A stretch of DNA of 64,000 nt, from positions 205,840 to 269,839 of the forward strand of contig CAXXJS010000061.1 in the NCBI GenBank assembly GCA_963662665.2. The letters are read 5' to 3'. The stretch comes from Candidatus Latescibacterota bacterium. GTDB taxonomy: Bacteria; Latescibacterota; UBA2968; GCA-2709665. Below are positions 37,446 through 46,948 of this stretch, piece by piece. Every line of letters begins with the position of its first letter. Position 1 is the first letter of the stretch. Made by a program: the position numbers and the translations under genes. Under the pieces are notes generated by a model. That model saw only the letters and a program-made list of their open reading frames with translations. It was not told the DNA's origin and made no database searches.

Positions 37446-38309
37446 GTGTCCACGATCGAGGAAAGTCTTCACGTCCGGCCAATGACGCCGGCGGACGTCG
37501 CAATCGGGATGCGGTTCAAGACCCTGGCCGGCTGGAATCAGGTCGAACAGGACTGGCAGCGCTTTCTGGCGCTCTCTCCCCATGGCTGTTTTGTCGCGGA
37601 GGTCAGTGGTGAGCCCGCCGGTACGGTGGTGACGGTCACGTTCGCGGGCGTATGTGGCTGGGTTGCGATGGTTCTGGTGCCGCCGGCGCGGCGGCGGCAG
37701 GGAATAGGCACGGAGATGTTGCGGCACGGGATTGCCCACCTGCAGGCCAATGGCGTCGATACCATCAAGCTGGACGCAACGCCGATGGGCCGGCGGGTTT
37801 ACGTGCCGCTCGGATTCCGCGATGAGTACGGATTGCAGCGCAGGGAAGGGGTCGGACAGACATGCCGCTGGACTTCGGTGTGCGCGATGCGTGATTCGGA
37901 CCTGACGGACGTGATTGCTTTTGACACGCCCCGCTTCGGCGTCTGCCGCGAGAATCTGTTAAGGTTTCTGTATCGGGATTCAGGGGGAATGTGCGGCGTT
38001 TTTCCGGGGGCCGGGAGCGGGCTAAAAGGTTACGTCATGGTCAGGCCCGGAAGCGGCGCCTTCCAGATCGGACCCCTGGTCGCGGCCCATGAACGGGCGG
38101 GCCGGGCGCTGTTTTGCTGGGCGCTGGACCGGCTGGCCGGCGAACCTGTTTTCTTCGACGTCCCGCTGGAAAATCCGGACGGGACGGCGCTGGCAGAGGA
38201 ATTCGGATTTACCGTCCAGCGCGGGTTTGCGCGGATGTACCTCGGCGAGGAACCTTACGGGGGATCGCCGCGGCAGGTGTATGCGACCTCGGGTCCGGAA
38301 AAAGGTTAG
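37446..38309 (+). CDS. GNAT family N-acetyltransferase
   Basis: GWNQ..DW, MVLVPP.RRRQGIG, LDATPMGRRVY..LGF. Confidence 0.88.
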   Translation: MSTIEESLHVRPMTPADVAIGMRFKTLAGWNQVEQDWQRFLALSPHGCFVAEVSGEPAGTVVTVTFAGVCGWVAMVLVPPARRRQGIGTEMLRHGIAHLQANGVDTIKLDATPMGRRVYVPLGFRDEYGLQRREGVGQTCRWTSVCAMRDSDLTDVIAFDTPRFGVCRENLLRFLYRDSGGMCGVFPGAGSGLKGYVMVRPGSGAFQIGPLVAAHERAGRALFCWALDRLAGEPVFFDVPLENPDGTALAEEFGFTVQRGFARMYLGEEPYGGSPRQVYATSGPEKG

Positions 38310-38380
38310 GCGGGACAATTCCGGCAAGAGCCGGCAGTGGCGGCAGTTTACTGCGATACGAGCCGCCGAAGGATGATACG

Positions 38381-39400
38381 ATGACACCGCGACCGCTGCT
38401 GGGGATCACGATGGGGGATGTCTGCGGCATCGGCCCGGAGGTGATCGCAAAGGCGTTGAGTCATCAGGATGTATACGCGTTCTGCAGGCCGCTGGTGATC
38501 GGAGACGCGGAAGTTCTCGCCGCGAACCTGGCGCATGCAGGCCGGCGGCTCGAGGTCCGGCGCGTGGAAGCGCCAGAATCGGGCGGTTACCGCTTTGGAG
38601 AGATTGATCTGTTGGCGCCGATCGGCCTGGATCATGCGCAGATTGAGACGGGACGGGTCTGTCCCGAAGCGGGCCGGACGGCCGTGGAATGGGTGGTCCG
38701 GGCGGTGGATCTGGCAGTGGGGGGGCGGACCGACGGGATTGTGACGGCGCCGCTGAATAAGGAGGCGATGAACCGGGCCGGGTTCCGGTATGCGGGTCAT
38801 ACGGAACTGCTGGCTGAACGCCTCGGCGTTGCGGACGTCCGATTGATGCTGGCCTCCGAACGCCTGAACGTGGCCCATGTTACCGGACACGTGTCGTTGC
38901 GGCAGGTACCGGAGCGGTTGTCGGAAGCCCGGGTTCTCGGCACCATCAGACTGCTGCATAGCGCGCTGACGGATATGGGACGTCCGCATCCCCGCATTGC
39001 CGTGTGCGGCTTGAATCCGCACGCCGGTGAGGCGGGTATCCTCGGCTCGGAAGACTCGGAACTGATCCAGCCGGCTGTTCAGAGGGCAAATGCCGGGGGA
39101 ATGCGGGTTGACGGACCGTTGCCCGCGGATACGGTCTTTCTGAAGGCGTACAACGGGGGGTTTGACGGCGTGGTGGCGATGTACCACGACCAGGGACACG
39201 CGCCGGTCAAGCTTGTGGCGTTCCACACTGCGGTGAATGTGACGCTGGGGCTGCCCATCGTCCGTGTGTCGGTGGATCATGGGACGGCGTTCGATATTGC
39301 GGGCAGGGGTGTGGCGGATGAGACCAACATGCTCGAAACGCTGCGCCTGGGCGCGCGCCTGGCGCTCAGACGACTGCAGAAAACGCACGATGAAACATGA
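38381..39400 (+). CDS. pdxA: 4-hydroxythreonine-4-phosphate dehydrogenase (PdxA/PdxA2 family)
   Basis: TMGD..GIGPE, TAPLNKE, GHTE, GLNPHAGE, AMYHDQG, VDHGTAFDIAG. Confidence 0.92.
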   Translation: MTPRPLLGITMGDVCGIGPEVIAKALSHQDVYAFCRPLVIGDAEVLAANLAHAGRRLEVRRVEAPESGGYRFGEIDLLAPIGLDHAQIETGRVCPEAGRTAVEWVVRAVDLAVGGRTDGIVTAPLNKEAMNRAGFRYAGHTELLAERLGVADVRLMLASERLNVAHVTGHVSLRQVPERLSEARVLGTIRLLHSALTDMGRPHPRIAVCGLNPHAGEAGILGSEDSELIQPAVQRANAGGMRVDGPLPADTVFLKAYNGGFDGVVAMYHDQGHAPVKLVAFHTAVNVTLGLPIVRVSVDHGTAFDIAGRGVADETNMLETLRLGARLALRRLQKTHDET

Positions 39401-39429
39401 CGCGAAAGCGCGGCGCCATTATTGCGATT

Positions 39430-39807
39430 TCAGTCCATGCCCGCGATAAAATCCATGGTCACGAGATGGTCGCCGGTGTCGGTGAACACCGGTGATCGCG
39501 CCGGCGGGTTTTTCGGAAAGAAACCGGCGTAGGCGTCATTGAAGTCCGCAAATAGCGACCGGTCTTTGAGAAAGACGGTAACTTTGAGGACGTTGTCCAG
39601 CGAGGTTCCCGCGTCGTCAAGAATGCCGGATACGTTGGTGAGGATCCGGCGGGTCTGGGCCTTCACGTCGCCGGCATCCACGTCCCCCGTTTCCGGGTCC
39701 ACGGGCGGCTGGGCGGAGATGAACATCAGATCGCCGTATATAACGGCCTGCGAGTAGGGGAATTTGGGAATGTTCCCCCTGGAACTGGTGAACGGTCGCT
39801 TTTTCAT
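39430..39807 (-). CDS. RidA/YjgF/UK114 family protein
   Basis: PYSQA, NVLKVTVFL, FN..YA.FF, PPARS. Confidence 0.88.
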   Translation of the reverse strand: MKKRPFTSSRGNIPKFPYSQAVIYGDLMFISAQPPVDPETGDVDAGDVKAQTRRILTNVSGILDDAGTSLDNVLKVTVFLKDRSLFADFNDAYAGFFPKNPPARSPVFTDTGDHLVTMDFIAGMD

Positions 39808-39917
39808 GTCGCGTCCTTTCCTGAAAACCGGGCGTTTGTGGACTCTGAGTGCGGTAATATACGTTAGCTGTCTGCCCGGAAAACAGATATCTTCGTGCAG
39901 CCCGGCGCGTGAGGAGA

Positions 39918-39956
39918 CATCCTGCCAATCCTCTCATCCTGCGAATCCTGATCCTG
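39918..39956. repeat. short ATCCT(G)-based periodic repeat
   Basis: CATCCTGCCAATCCTCTCATCCTGCGAATCCTGATCCTG. Confidence 0.5.
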
Positions 39957-40005
39957 GTTTTTATGGTTTCGCCCAGAGATATCCAAATTGCGGAGGTATC
40001 GTCAA

Positions 40006-41238
40006 TTGAAAATCCGCCCCGACCTTGTTCCCGCGGCCGAGAGGGACAATCTGGAGGTCGTCCAGCTCACGGATGAGTCGATTCCGTCTTCGCACATTTA
40101 CATGGAAGCGCAGATCTTCACGCCCGATTCGCGGCGGCTGGTGCTCCACCGTTCTGCGCATCCCCACGGCTCCGATCCGAAAGATCCGGAGCACAGATAC
40201 ATGATCTGCGACCTGGAGGAACACTGTCGTCTGGCGCCCCTCACGACCGAAGCGGGAACGACCGCGCCGTCCATCTCGCCCGACGGCGTATGGCTGTACT
40301 ACTTTGTCGACGAAACCGACCCCGCGGACCCGGGGCCGCTCACGCTCAAGCGGGTGAGACTGGACGGGTCGGACCGCGAGGTGATCTGTGTTCTGGACCA
40401 TCCCGTACCGGGCACGGATTTCCGGCTCAGCCGTCCGTATCCGCTTTCGACCATTTCATCCGACGGCAGGCGAATTGCCATTTCAGGTTTCCTGGGCGAC
40501 GGCCGGACCGAATGCGCGCCATGGGGACTGCTTGTCTTCGAAATAGACGAGCCATCCGTGCGGCTGGTCTTTCACGGACCCACCTGGTGCAACATCCACC
40601 CGCAATATACGCGGCAGACCGATGCGGACGCCTCGCACGACATTATGATTCAGGAGAACCACGGAAACGTCGCGTCCCCCGATGGCAGGATTGAGAAGCT
40701 CACGAGCGGACGGGGCGCCGATATTCACCTGATCCGGGACGACGGGACCTTGCTCCGGGATTTCCCGTGGGGCCGGGACAGAAACGAATTCTGCCAGGGG
40801 CACCAATGCTGGCAGGGACGCTCCGACATTGCGATCACCAGCACGTCCACGCGTGAACCCGATGAAAGGCAGCTTTTTTCCGGCCGCGCGGCGGCGCACG
40901 CCGGTCATCTCGGCACCGCGACCCCCGAGGGATGGCGAAACGACCTTTCCCGTTCCTTCAACGGACCGGACTTCTATCACTTCGCCACCGACGTCGCCGG
41001 ACGCCGCCTGATTACCGATGCGGGTCCCAGGGACGGGGGCGGCGCGGTCTGGCTGTTCGATCTTCCAGGGGCGGATGATGGCGCGTTGTCGAACGCAAGA
41101 AAGGTCGCGAACCCCGGGTCCTCCTGGCGAAAGGACACCCATATCCATCCCTTCCTGGCGCCGGACGGACGTTCCGGCTTCTTCAATTCCGACGAGAGCG
41201 GCGTACTCCAGGCTTACATGGTGCGCGGGTGGTCCTGA
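40006..41238 (+). CDS. oligogalacturonate lyase-like / TolB-like beta-propeller protein
   Basis: HIYMEAQIFTPDS, HPQY, HIHPFLAPDG..FNSD; TTG start chosen behind the GGAGG RBS. Confidence 0.7.
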   Translation: MKIRPDLVPAAERDNLEVVQLTDESIPSSHIYMEAQIFTPDSRRLVLHRSAHPHGSDPKDPEHRYMICDLEEHCRLAPLTTEAGTTAPSISPDGVWLYYFVDETDPADPGPLTLKRVRLDGSDREVICVLDHPVPGTDFRLSRPYPLSTISSDGRRIAISGFLGDGRTECAPWGLLVFEIDEPSVRLVFHGPTWCNIHPQYTRQTDADASHDIMIQENHGNVASPDGRIEKLTSGRGADIHLIRDDGTLLRDFPWGRDRNEFCQGHQCWQGRSDIAITSTSTREPDERQLFSGRAAAHAGHLGTATPEGWRNDLSRSFNGPDFYHFATDVAGRRLITDAGPRDGGGAVWLFDLPGADDGALSNARKVANPGSSWRKDTHIHPFLAPDGRSGFFNSDESGVLQAYMVRGWS

Positions 41239-41263
41239 GTGGCCAGGAAACCAATCGATGTCC

Positions 41264-41311
41264 CGGCCACATGGGCCGGACGCAGCCCGGATGGGGTTTT
41301 TCAACGGGCTG
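41264..41311 (-). mobile_element. partial inverted copy of the MITE at 51088
   Basis: Reverse complement CAGCCCGTTGAAAAACCCCATCCGGGCTGCGTCCGGCCCATGTGGCCG matches the 5' end of 51088-51240. Confidence 0.8.
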
Positions 41312-41355
41312 ATCATGCAGGTTGCGTTTTCAAATGCCGTAATGAGAGGCGTGCG

Positions 41356-42000
41356 ATGAAGAAGGCGTTGATGGTTTATGGCGGCTGGCAGGGGCACGAG
41401 CCCAAACAGTGCGTGGACATTTTCGCTCCGATTCTTGCCGATGAGGGTTTTGACGTGGCGCTGTCGGATACGATGGACGTGTATCTGGACGCGGGACAGA
41501 TGGCTGAACTGAGTCTTGTCGTACCGGTCTGGACGATGGGTAAAATCGAACGGGAGCAGGAGAAGGGTCTCCTGGAAGCCATCAGGAGCGGCGTCGGGAT
41601 TGCCGGGTGGCACGGAGGAATGGCAGATGCCTTTCGGGACAATACGGAATACCAATTTATGGTCGGCGGCCAGTGGGTGGCGCATCCCGGCGGCGTCATC
41701 GACTACGAGGTGAACGTCGTGGATCATGAAGACCCGATTACCCGCGGGATACCGGATTTCAGGATGCATTCAGAGCAATACTACATGCACGTGGATCCAT
41801 CCAACCGCGTGTTGGCGACCACCACGTTCCAGACCGCGGTGGCGCCGTGGGTGAACGGGTGCGTGATGCCGGTCGTCTGGAAGCGCATGTGGGGGGAGGG
41901 ACGGGTGTTCTACTCGTCATTGGGGCACGTGGCGGAGGATTTCGGCGTGCCGGAGGCGCGGGAGATTCAGCGGCGGGGGATGGTATGGGCGAGCCGGTAA
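41356..42000 (+). CDS. ThuA (trehalose utilization) domain protein
   Basis: [36 protein letters not shown]. Confidence 0.88.
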   Translation: MKKALMVYGGWQGHEPKQCVDIFAPILADEGFDVALSDTMDVYLDAGQMAELSLVVPVWTMGKIEREQEKGLLEAIRSGVGIAGWHGGMADAFRDNTEYQFMVGGQWVAHPGGVIDYEVNVVDHEDPITRGIPDFRMHSEQYYMHVDPSNRVLATTTFQTAVAPWVNGCVMPVVWKRMWGEGRVFYSSLGHVAEDFGVPEAREIQRRGMVWASR

Positions 42001-42035
42001 CCGGGACAGAATATCCGGGAAGGCGTTTGCGGGGC

Positions 42036-42064
42036 TTGACAACGGCGCGCGGCTATTGTATTTT
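42036..42064 (+). promoter_or_regulatory. sigma-70 promoter of tRNA-Cys
   Basis: TTGACA-17 bp-TATTTT. Confidence 0.65.
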
Positions 42065-42079
42065 CAAATCATAAAGCGA

Positions 42080-42154
42080 GGCGGCGTGGCCAAGTGGTAA
42101 GGCAAGGGCCTGCAAAGCCCCGATTCGGCGGTTCGAATCCGCCCGCCGCCTCCA
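42080..42154 (+). tRNA. tRNA-Cys (GCA)
   Basis: GGCGGCG/CGCCGCC acceptor stem, CTGCAAA anticodon loop, GTTCGAATCC T-arm, U73, encoded CCA. Confidence 0.95.
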
Positions 42155-42232
42155 TTTGAAGGGTGGTTACACGACTGTCTTATAGAGATTAGTCGTTGTT
42201 TTTTTGGAAGTAGGATGAACGGATAATCCTGC

Positions 42233-42261
42233 TTGACAATGAGCTGGCCGTTAGCTATTTT
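42233..42261 (+). promoter_or_regulatory. sigma-70 promoter of tRNA-Leu and groES
   Basis: TTGACA-17 bp-TATTTT. Confidence 0.65.
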
Positions 42262-42271
42262 CGAACCCGGT

Positions 42272-42357
42272 GCCGGAGTGATGGAATTGGTAGACATAGG
42301 GGACTTAAAATCCCCCGGGCCGAAACGCCCGTGCCGGTTCGAGTCCGGCCTCCGGCA
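42272..42357 (+). tRNA. tRNA-Leu (TAA)
   Basis: GCCGGAG/CTCCGGC acceptor stem, GGGGA-CTTAAAA-TCCCC anticodon arm, long variable arm, GTTCGAGTCC; CCA not encoded. Confidence 0.95.
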
Positions 42358-42390
42358 CTCACACGATACCGAATCCAAGAGGGCTGTCCT

Positions 42391-42795
42391 ATGAAAATCG
42401 GAAACAAACAGCTGATTATTGTGGGTGATCGGGTCCTGGTGAAACAGGAGGAACTACAGGAACGTACCGAGGTTGGCCTGTATCTCCCGCAGACGGTTAT
42501 CGAGAAGGAGGAGGTTCAGGGCGGGCGTATTATCCTGACGGGTCCGGGGATACCGTTGCCGCAGCCTCGCGACGTCGACGACGAGCCATGGCGGAGCGTA
42601 CCCGACGAACCCAAGTACCTTCCAATGCAGGCCCTGGTTGGCGACTATGCCTTGTTCTTGAAAAAGATGGCGATGGAGATCAATTTCGAGGGTGAGAAGT
42701 ACCTGATAATTCCGCACAACTCCATACTGGCGCTGGTTCGGGAAGGCGGGGACGAACTGGAGGGATTCGACGACGTGGATGAATTCGAAACCTGA
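42391..42795 (+). CDS. groES: co-chaperonin GroES family protein (no adjacent groEL)
   Basis: GDRVLVK, GLYLP mobile loop, GPG, VGD, EGEKYLII. Confidence 0.85.
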   Translation: MKIGNKQLIIVGDRVLVKQEELQERTEVGLYLPQTVIEKEEVQGGRIILTGPGIPLPQPRDVDDEPWRSVPDEPKYLPMQALVGDYALFLKKMAMEINFEGEKYLIIPHNSILALVREGGDELEGFDDVDEFET

Positions 42796-42821
42796 GGACC
42801 CCGCACGTGGCTTCGTGTACG

Positions 42822-42853
42822 CGCCGGTTCGATACCCGAACCGGCGTTTTTTT
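42822..42853 (+). terminator. intrinsic terminator after groES
   Basis: CGCCGGTTCG-ATACC-CGAACCGGCG followed by T7. Confidence 0.85.
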
Positions 42854-43552
42854 CTATGCGGGATCCTGTTTGGATCCTCCGGCAACCGTGGGCAGGTTGG
42901 CCGGCGGACCTGCCGGCGGGGACTTCAGCGCATCCGGAATGACGACCCCGGCCGAAACGATCAACTGCAACGCCTCTTCAACCGTGAGTGAGACGTTCCG
43001 AACCTTTTCCGGCGGGAATATGACTGTCCAGCCGCTAGCGGGATTCGGTGAGGTCGGAACAAACACGCAGCGGCCAATCCGGCCATCCTCGCCCATCGGA
43101 ATGTCACCAGTTGCGAAACCCAGAATCCACAACCCGTCCGTTGGATATTCGGCGAGCACAACCCGGTTGAAGCCCCTGTCTTCTTCCGGTGAAACAACCG
43201 ATTCCATGAACTGTTTCACCGGGGCGTAGATGCTGCCGATCACCGGAAGACGTTTTAACAGGACGTCTCCTATGCCGATAAGGCGTTTGCCGAATACGTT
43301 GCCGGCGAGTAATCCGGCGAGCCAGATAAGGATAAGCGTCAAGATCACGCCCAGGCCGAAGACGTCGTTTTCTGTCTGGAAAATGCGTTTCGCCAGCGGC
43401 TGGGCCAACCCGTCCAGCCACTGAAAGATGATCTGCAGTACGATAAAGGTAACCGCTACCGGAACCAGTAGCGCTATCCCGGCAAACAGGGTGCCGCGAA
43501 AACTCATCCGTGCGCGTTTGCCTAAATTTGAAAGACGATCTTGCTGATCCAT
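42854..43552 (-). CDS. DUF502 family membrane protein
   Basis: LPVIGSIY..VKQ, VLAEYP, VFVPTSPNPASG. Confidence 0.88.
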   Translation of the reverse strand: MDQQDRLSNLGKRARMSFRGTLFAGIALLVPVAVTFIVLQIIFQWLDGLAQPLAKRIFQTENDVFGLGVILTLILIWLAGLLAGNVFGKRLIGIGDVLLKRLPVIGSIYAPVKQFMESVVSPEEDRGFNRVVLAEYPTDGLWILGFATGDIPMGEDGRIGRCVFVPTSPNPASGWTVIFPPEKVRNVSLTVEEALQLIVSAGVVIPDALKSPPAGPPANLPTVAGGSKQDPA

Positions 43553-43638
43553 CGATTCTCTGCTCCCAAGACGCTTCAGCACTCGGCTGGATGTCTGCCG
43601 TTCCGAATTATACCGTCTTCTCTAGTGAAAAGCAAGGT

Positions 43639-44709
43639 TCAGGGAGTCGAATCCACCTGCTTGAAAGTCCGGGCCATGAGGTCGATCTGCCGAAGATAGG
43701 GTTCTTTGCGCTTATTTGGTGAATAGACCCCGCAGTCGATGTAGAAAAACCGGTTTGTTTCCACGTCCACGAACGCGTAACTCTTGAATGGCCCCCCGGC
43801 CCATTTTTTTTTGTTTTCCCAGAGGCCTTGCAATACAAAAGCCAGGTTTCCCGCGAACTCTGTCTGGCCAATTTCCAGGTGGTCATGTACAACACGGTCG
43901 CGGTCGAAAAACCTACCGGTGATCGCGTCGCGTTTTCGGATGCACCATTCCTCCGAGAGTTCGTCGGGTGAAGTACCGTCCTCCCAGTAGACAAACAGCC
44001 AACGGTTGGGTTCCTCCTTGGTCAACACGACAAATCCGCTGTCGGGATAGGCCTCCAGGATGCGGTATCCGAAGGCGACGCGCACCTGCCAACCAAATTC
44101 GCGCCCGAGCTGTTCCGTGACGTCCTTGCGTTCGCCGTATCGGTAGATCAACCGTCGAATACGCTCGTTGCGCGCCTCTTCGATCCGTTTATACAGCCGG
44201 TCCGCATCCATCCGGAGATTTTCCACGAGGCCGGCGCTGTCGTTTCCCGAAACCGCTAGGAGGAGCTGTTCTTTTGCCCAGACGTCCTCCTTCCAGAACA
44301 CGGCGGACCGGTTTCGCCGCACGGCGTTTTGTACTTCGGGCCCCAGGATGTTCCTCAGGAAGCCTCCGGTGGCATGCGGAGCGTCCAGTTCGGCGATAAC
44401 CATGATGTTCTTGCGCCTCTTGTTCTCGAACCGATCGAAATCAGCCACATTGCCGAACTGCAACCGGAAGATCTTTTCTTCCTGAGGCGTATGAAGAATT
44501 CTCTCGAATATCTCTTTCAGGTGCGGTTCCAGGTTCTCTCTATCGGTCGGCTCAATCAGGACGAGTATCTCCTGCGCCGGTCCAACAGATTCCGGCAACC
44601 GAGGACCGCATCCGGCCAACGTCGCCACACAAAGCGCTGCACCACATATCCAGTGTTGTTTTCGGACGTTCGCCATTGCGTCCTTCGCAGCCCGGATGGA
44701 GTTTTTCAT
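43639..44709 (-). CDS. DUF4837 family lipoprotein
   Basis: LAGC lipobox; PQEE, DVWAKEQ, GLW...GGPF.SY, YSPNKRK; start may be the second Met. Confidence 0.8.
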   Translation of the reverse strand: MKNSIRAAKDAMANVRKQHWICGAALCVATLAGCGPRLPESVGPAQEILVLIEPTDRENLEPHLKEIFERILHTPQEEKIFRLQFGNVADFDRFENKRRKNIMVIAELDAPHATGGFLRNILGPEVQNAVRRNRSAVFWKEDVWAKEQLLLAVSGNDSAGLVENLRMDADRLYKRIEEARNERIRRLIYRYGERKDVTEQLGREFGWQVRVAFGYRILEAYPDSGFVVLTKEEPNRWLFVYWEDGTSPDELSEEWCIRKRDAITGRFFDRDRVVHDHLEIGQTEFAGNLAFVLQGLWENKKKWAGGPFKSYAFVDVETNRFFYIDCGVYSPNKRKEPYLRQIDLMARTFKQVDSTP

Positions 44710-44741
44710 CCGGCTCTTAGCGTCGGTTTCGAGTGAATTGA

Positions 44742-44779
44742 AATTGCCGGCGGGCGGACATTCGTCGCTGCCGGCAATT
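44742..44779. repeat. intergenic hairpin
   Basis: AATTGCCGGCGG...CTGCCGGCAATT. Confidence 0.45.
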
Positions 44780-44970
44780 GAACTCAGGCTGTGCGTGCCC
44801 GTTTTGACCCCACGGTGAGCAAAATACGCAACAATCCCGACTTCATAAAGAAAAAAATGTCATCGGTATTCACTTCCTGAACTAGATCTCCTGAATAAGG
44901 GCGGCGAGGCGTATTTCGACAAGCGCAACGACCGCGATTCGGAATGCGTTCGGGAAAGCGTCCATGAATG

Positions 44971-46786
44971 TTACTTCCTTGTACCGAATTCAACCTGCGA
45001 TGACCAACTGTTCGAAAGACCGTCCTCAGTGGCTTTTATCGCGTATCGTGCGGAAATACGGATGCGCGATCCTGTGAGAGTGAACCGGACGCCGGCCGTG
45101 CGGCCTGTGCCAGACAGGAGTTGCAGGCGGCCGCCTCCCCACACGTCGGGTTCGAACGTATAGATGCGGGAGTCAAAGCCGGTCACGTTGAATAGCGCCA
45201 TCCAGACGTCGGCCCTGAGGCGCTTCGTTCGCTCGATCCGGAGGTCGATGCCCCCTGCGCCGCCGCTGCTCTCTCGAGTCGGGGAGCGGGCGCCCGTGCT
45301 TTCCAGCCAGAGATTGAGGCGTGCGGCGGACCGCGGAATGGTCATGCGAAGTCGGGCGCGTTTCCGGCCCCGCAGACCCGTGACGCCCGAAGTGGTGACC
45401 GTCTGTTGCCGCGTGCCCAGCGTGAGGCGAATTACGGCAAATTTCAGGCGATGTCTTAAATCGAACGAGAAACGTTCTCCCCGCGCGGGCAGCTTGAACT
45501 TGCCCTCGGGCGCAATGCGGCCGTGTCGGTCCAGCGTGGCCTCCACCCGTGTTCGCCTGCCTGGCCGCCACGCTGCACCGGTGAAGAGACCCCACTCGTT
45601 TCTGCCGCTGTACGCGGAGAACGGCCCGCCGCGCAGGCTTGAAAATCCAGCCGGGTACCGGCGGGCAAGCAGTACCAGTTTAAGGCGATCCACACCCGCA
45701 CGGGCGCCGACCAGCCACCCGACGGCGTTACTGCCGGAAGCTGCGATTTCGCCGAAAACACCGTGGCGCCTCGCGCGCAGGTCCCAATCCATACCGGCCG
45801 AATACTGGCGCCGGACTTGCTGAAGTGCCGGCGAGAACGCGGTCCGGACCACGGTGGCGCCCACGCTGCCAAACTGCATTTCAACGCGCGATCGAAAAGC
45901 CGCCACGTCCTCCCTTAGTTTGCCCCTCCGTTCTCGCTGGGTCTGGGTGACATGCAGGTCGGCGGTACGGATTTCGACCACCCCTGCGCTGTCGGTGGCT
46001 GCATCCCATCGGTTCCGGGCGCCCATGGCCGTCCATGTGACGGGGGCCGGACCGTCCTTCGCCAAAGACGCCTCGGAGGGCGCCGTATTCGACCGCGGAG
46101 CGATAACCCACGCTTCGGACGTTGGCCGGCCTCGCCCACGCCAGGCCCGTCGCGGACCGGTCGTTCCTGCTGAAGAGGAGGCCCTGTCCGTATCCGGGTC
46201 GGAAGTCGCCCATCAGCAGGCGCCGAAAGCCCGGAACGGCGGAGAAACTCACGTATCCGCTGAGGAAGTCAACCAGCCGTGTTTCCAGGGGGTCGCGTTC
46301 CGTGAGAAAAACGGCATCCGCGCGACTTGCCGCGATCTCGGTCCGCTGGTAGAGCCTGAGGTTCGTCCAGGCGGTCGCATGCGCCGAGGGGCGCGTGATC
46401 CGGAGCGACGTCCGGATACGAGGGCCCTGCGGGGAAGACAGCGACAGATAGGGCCGGACAGCGGCGAGAATCTCAGGTGTAACGCCGGGCACCCTGAGAA
46501 GATCGTTGAAGCGGCGAAAGTGCCCGAATCGTCTTCGATGGGCGATGACCCGGCGCGCCACTTCCGGCGAAAACCAGGGCAGGGCTTGCAGATCCTCGGA
46601 CGTTGCCTTGTTGACGTTGATGACCTGTCCTTCGAGATCCCGCAAGACGGCCAGGTACGATTCCGCGGTTTCAGGGTTCAACGAATCCTGCGCGCGGGAG
46701 GCGACGTCGGACAACATGTAAGAAAGCAGCACGATGAACGCCAGTTTCGGTCCGCGGCGGGCGGATTGAAAGAAATCGTATATCAC
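44971..46786 (-). pseudogene. ComEA-type helix-hairpin-helix protein with probable C-terminal outer-membrane beta domain, split by a +1 frameshift near 46044 (real or sequencing error)
   Basis: INVNKATSEDLQALP HhH and GDFRPGYGQGL in ORF 45881-46786; continues in ORF 44971-46065 (DSRIYTFEPD); removing one base from G5 at 46042-46046 joins GRSG to PVTWTAMG. Confidence 0.7.
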
Positions 46787-46885
46787 GGACGACCTCCCTG
46801 TACATTTCTATTGCATACAAGAGATTGCTAACAAACGAATTACATTCATTCGACCTTGCATCCGGTCGTCGCTTGCCGAATCCAA

Positions 46886-46901
46886 TGCAATAAAAATGCC
46901 A
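46886..46901 (-). promoter_or_regulatory. sigma-54 (-24/-12) promoter
   Basis: Minus strand TGGCATTTTTATTGCA, about 100 bp upstream of the ComEA-like start. Confidence 0.65.
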
Positions 46902-46948
46902 GGGAGGGTCGTGCCTGGTGCGCGGAGGAATTTTTCAGGAGGAGACAA

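Noticed and set aside
42080-42357. tRNAs as integration sites for an island or prophage
   Set aside because: No duplicated tRNA 3' end and no integrase seen in the window
42064-42378. 104-aa minus-strand ORF
   Set aside because: Antisense translation of the two tRNA genes
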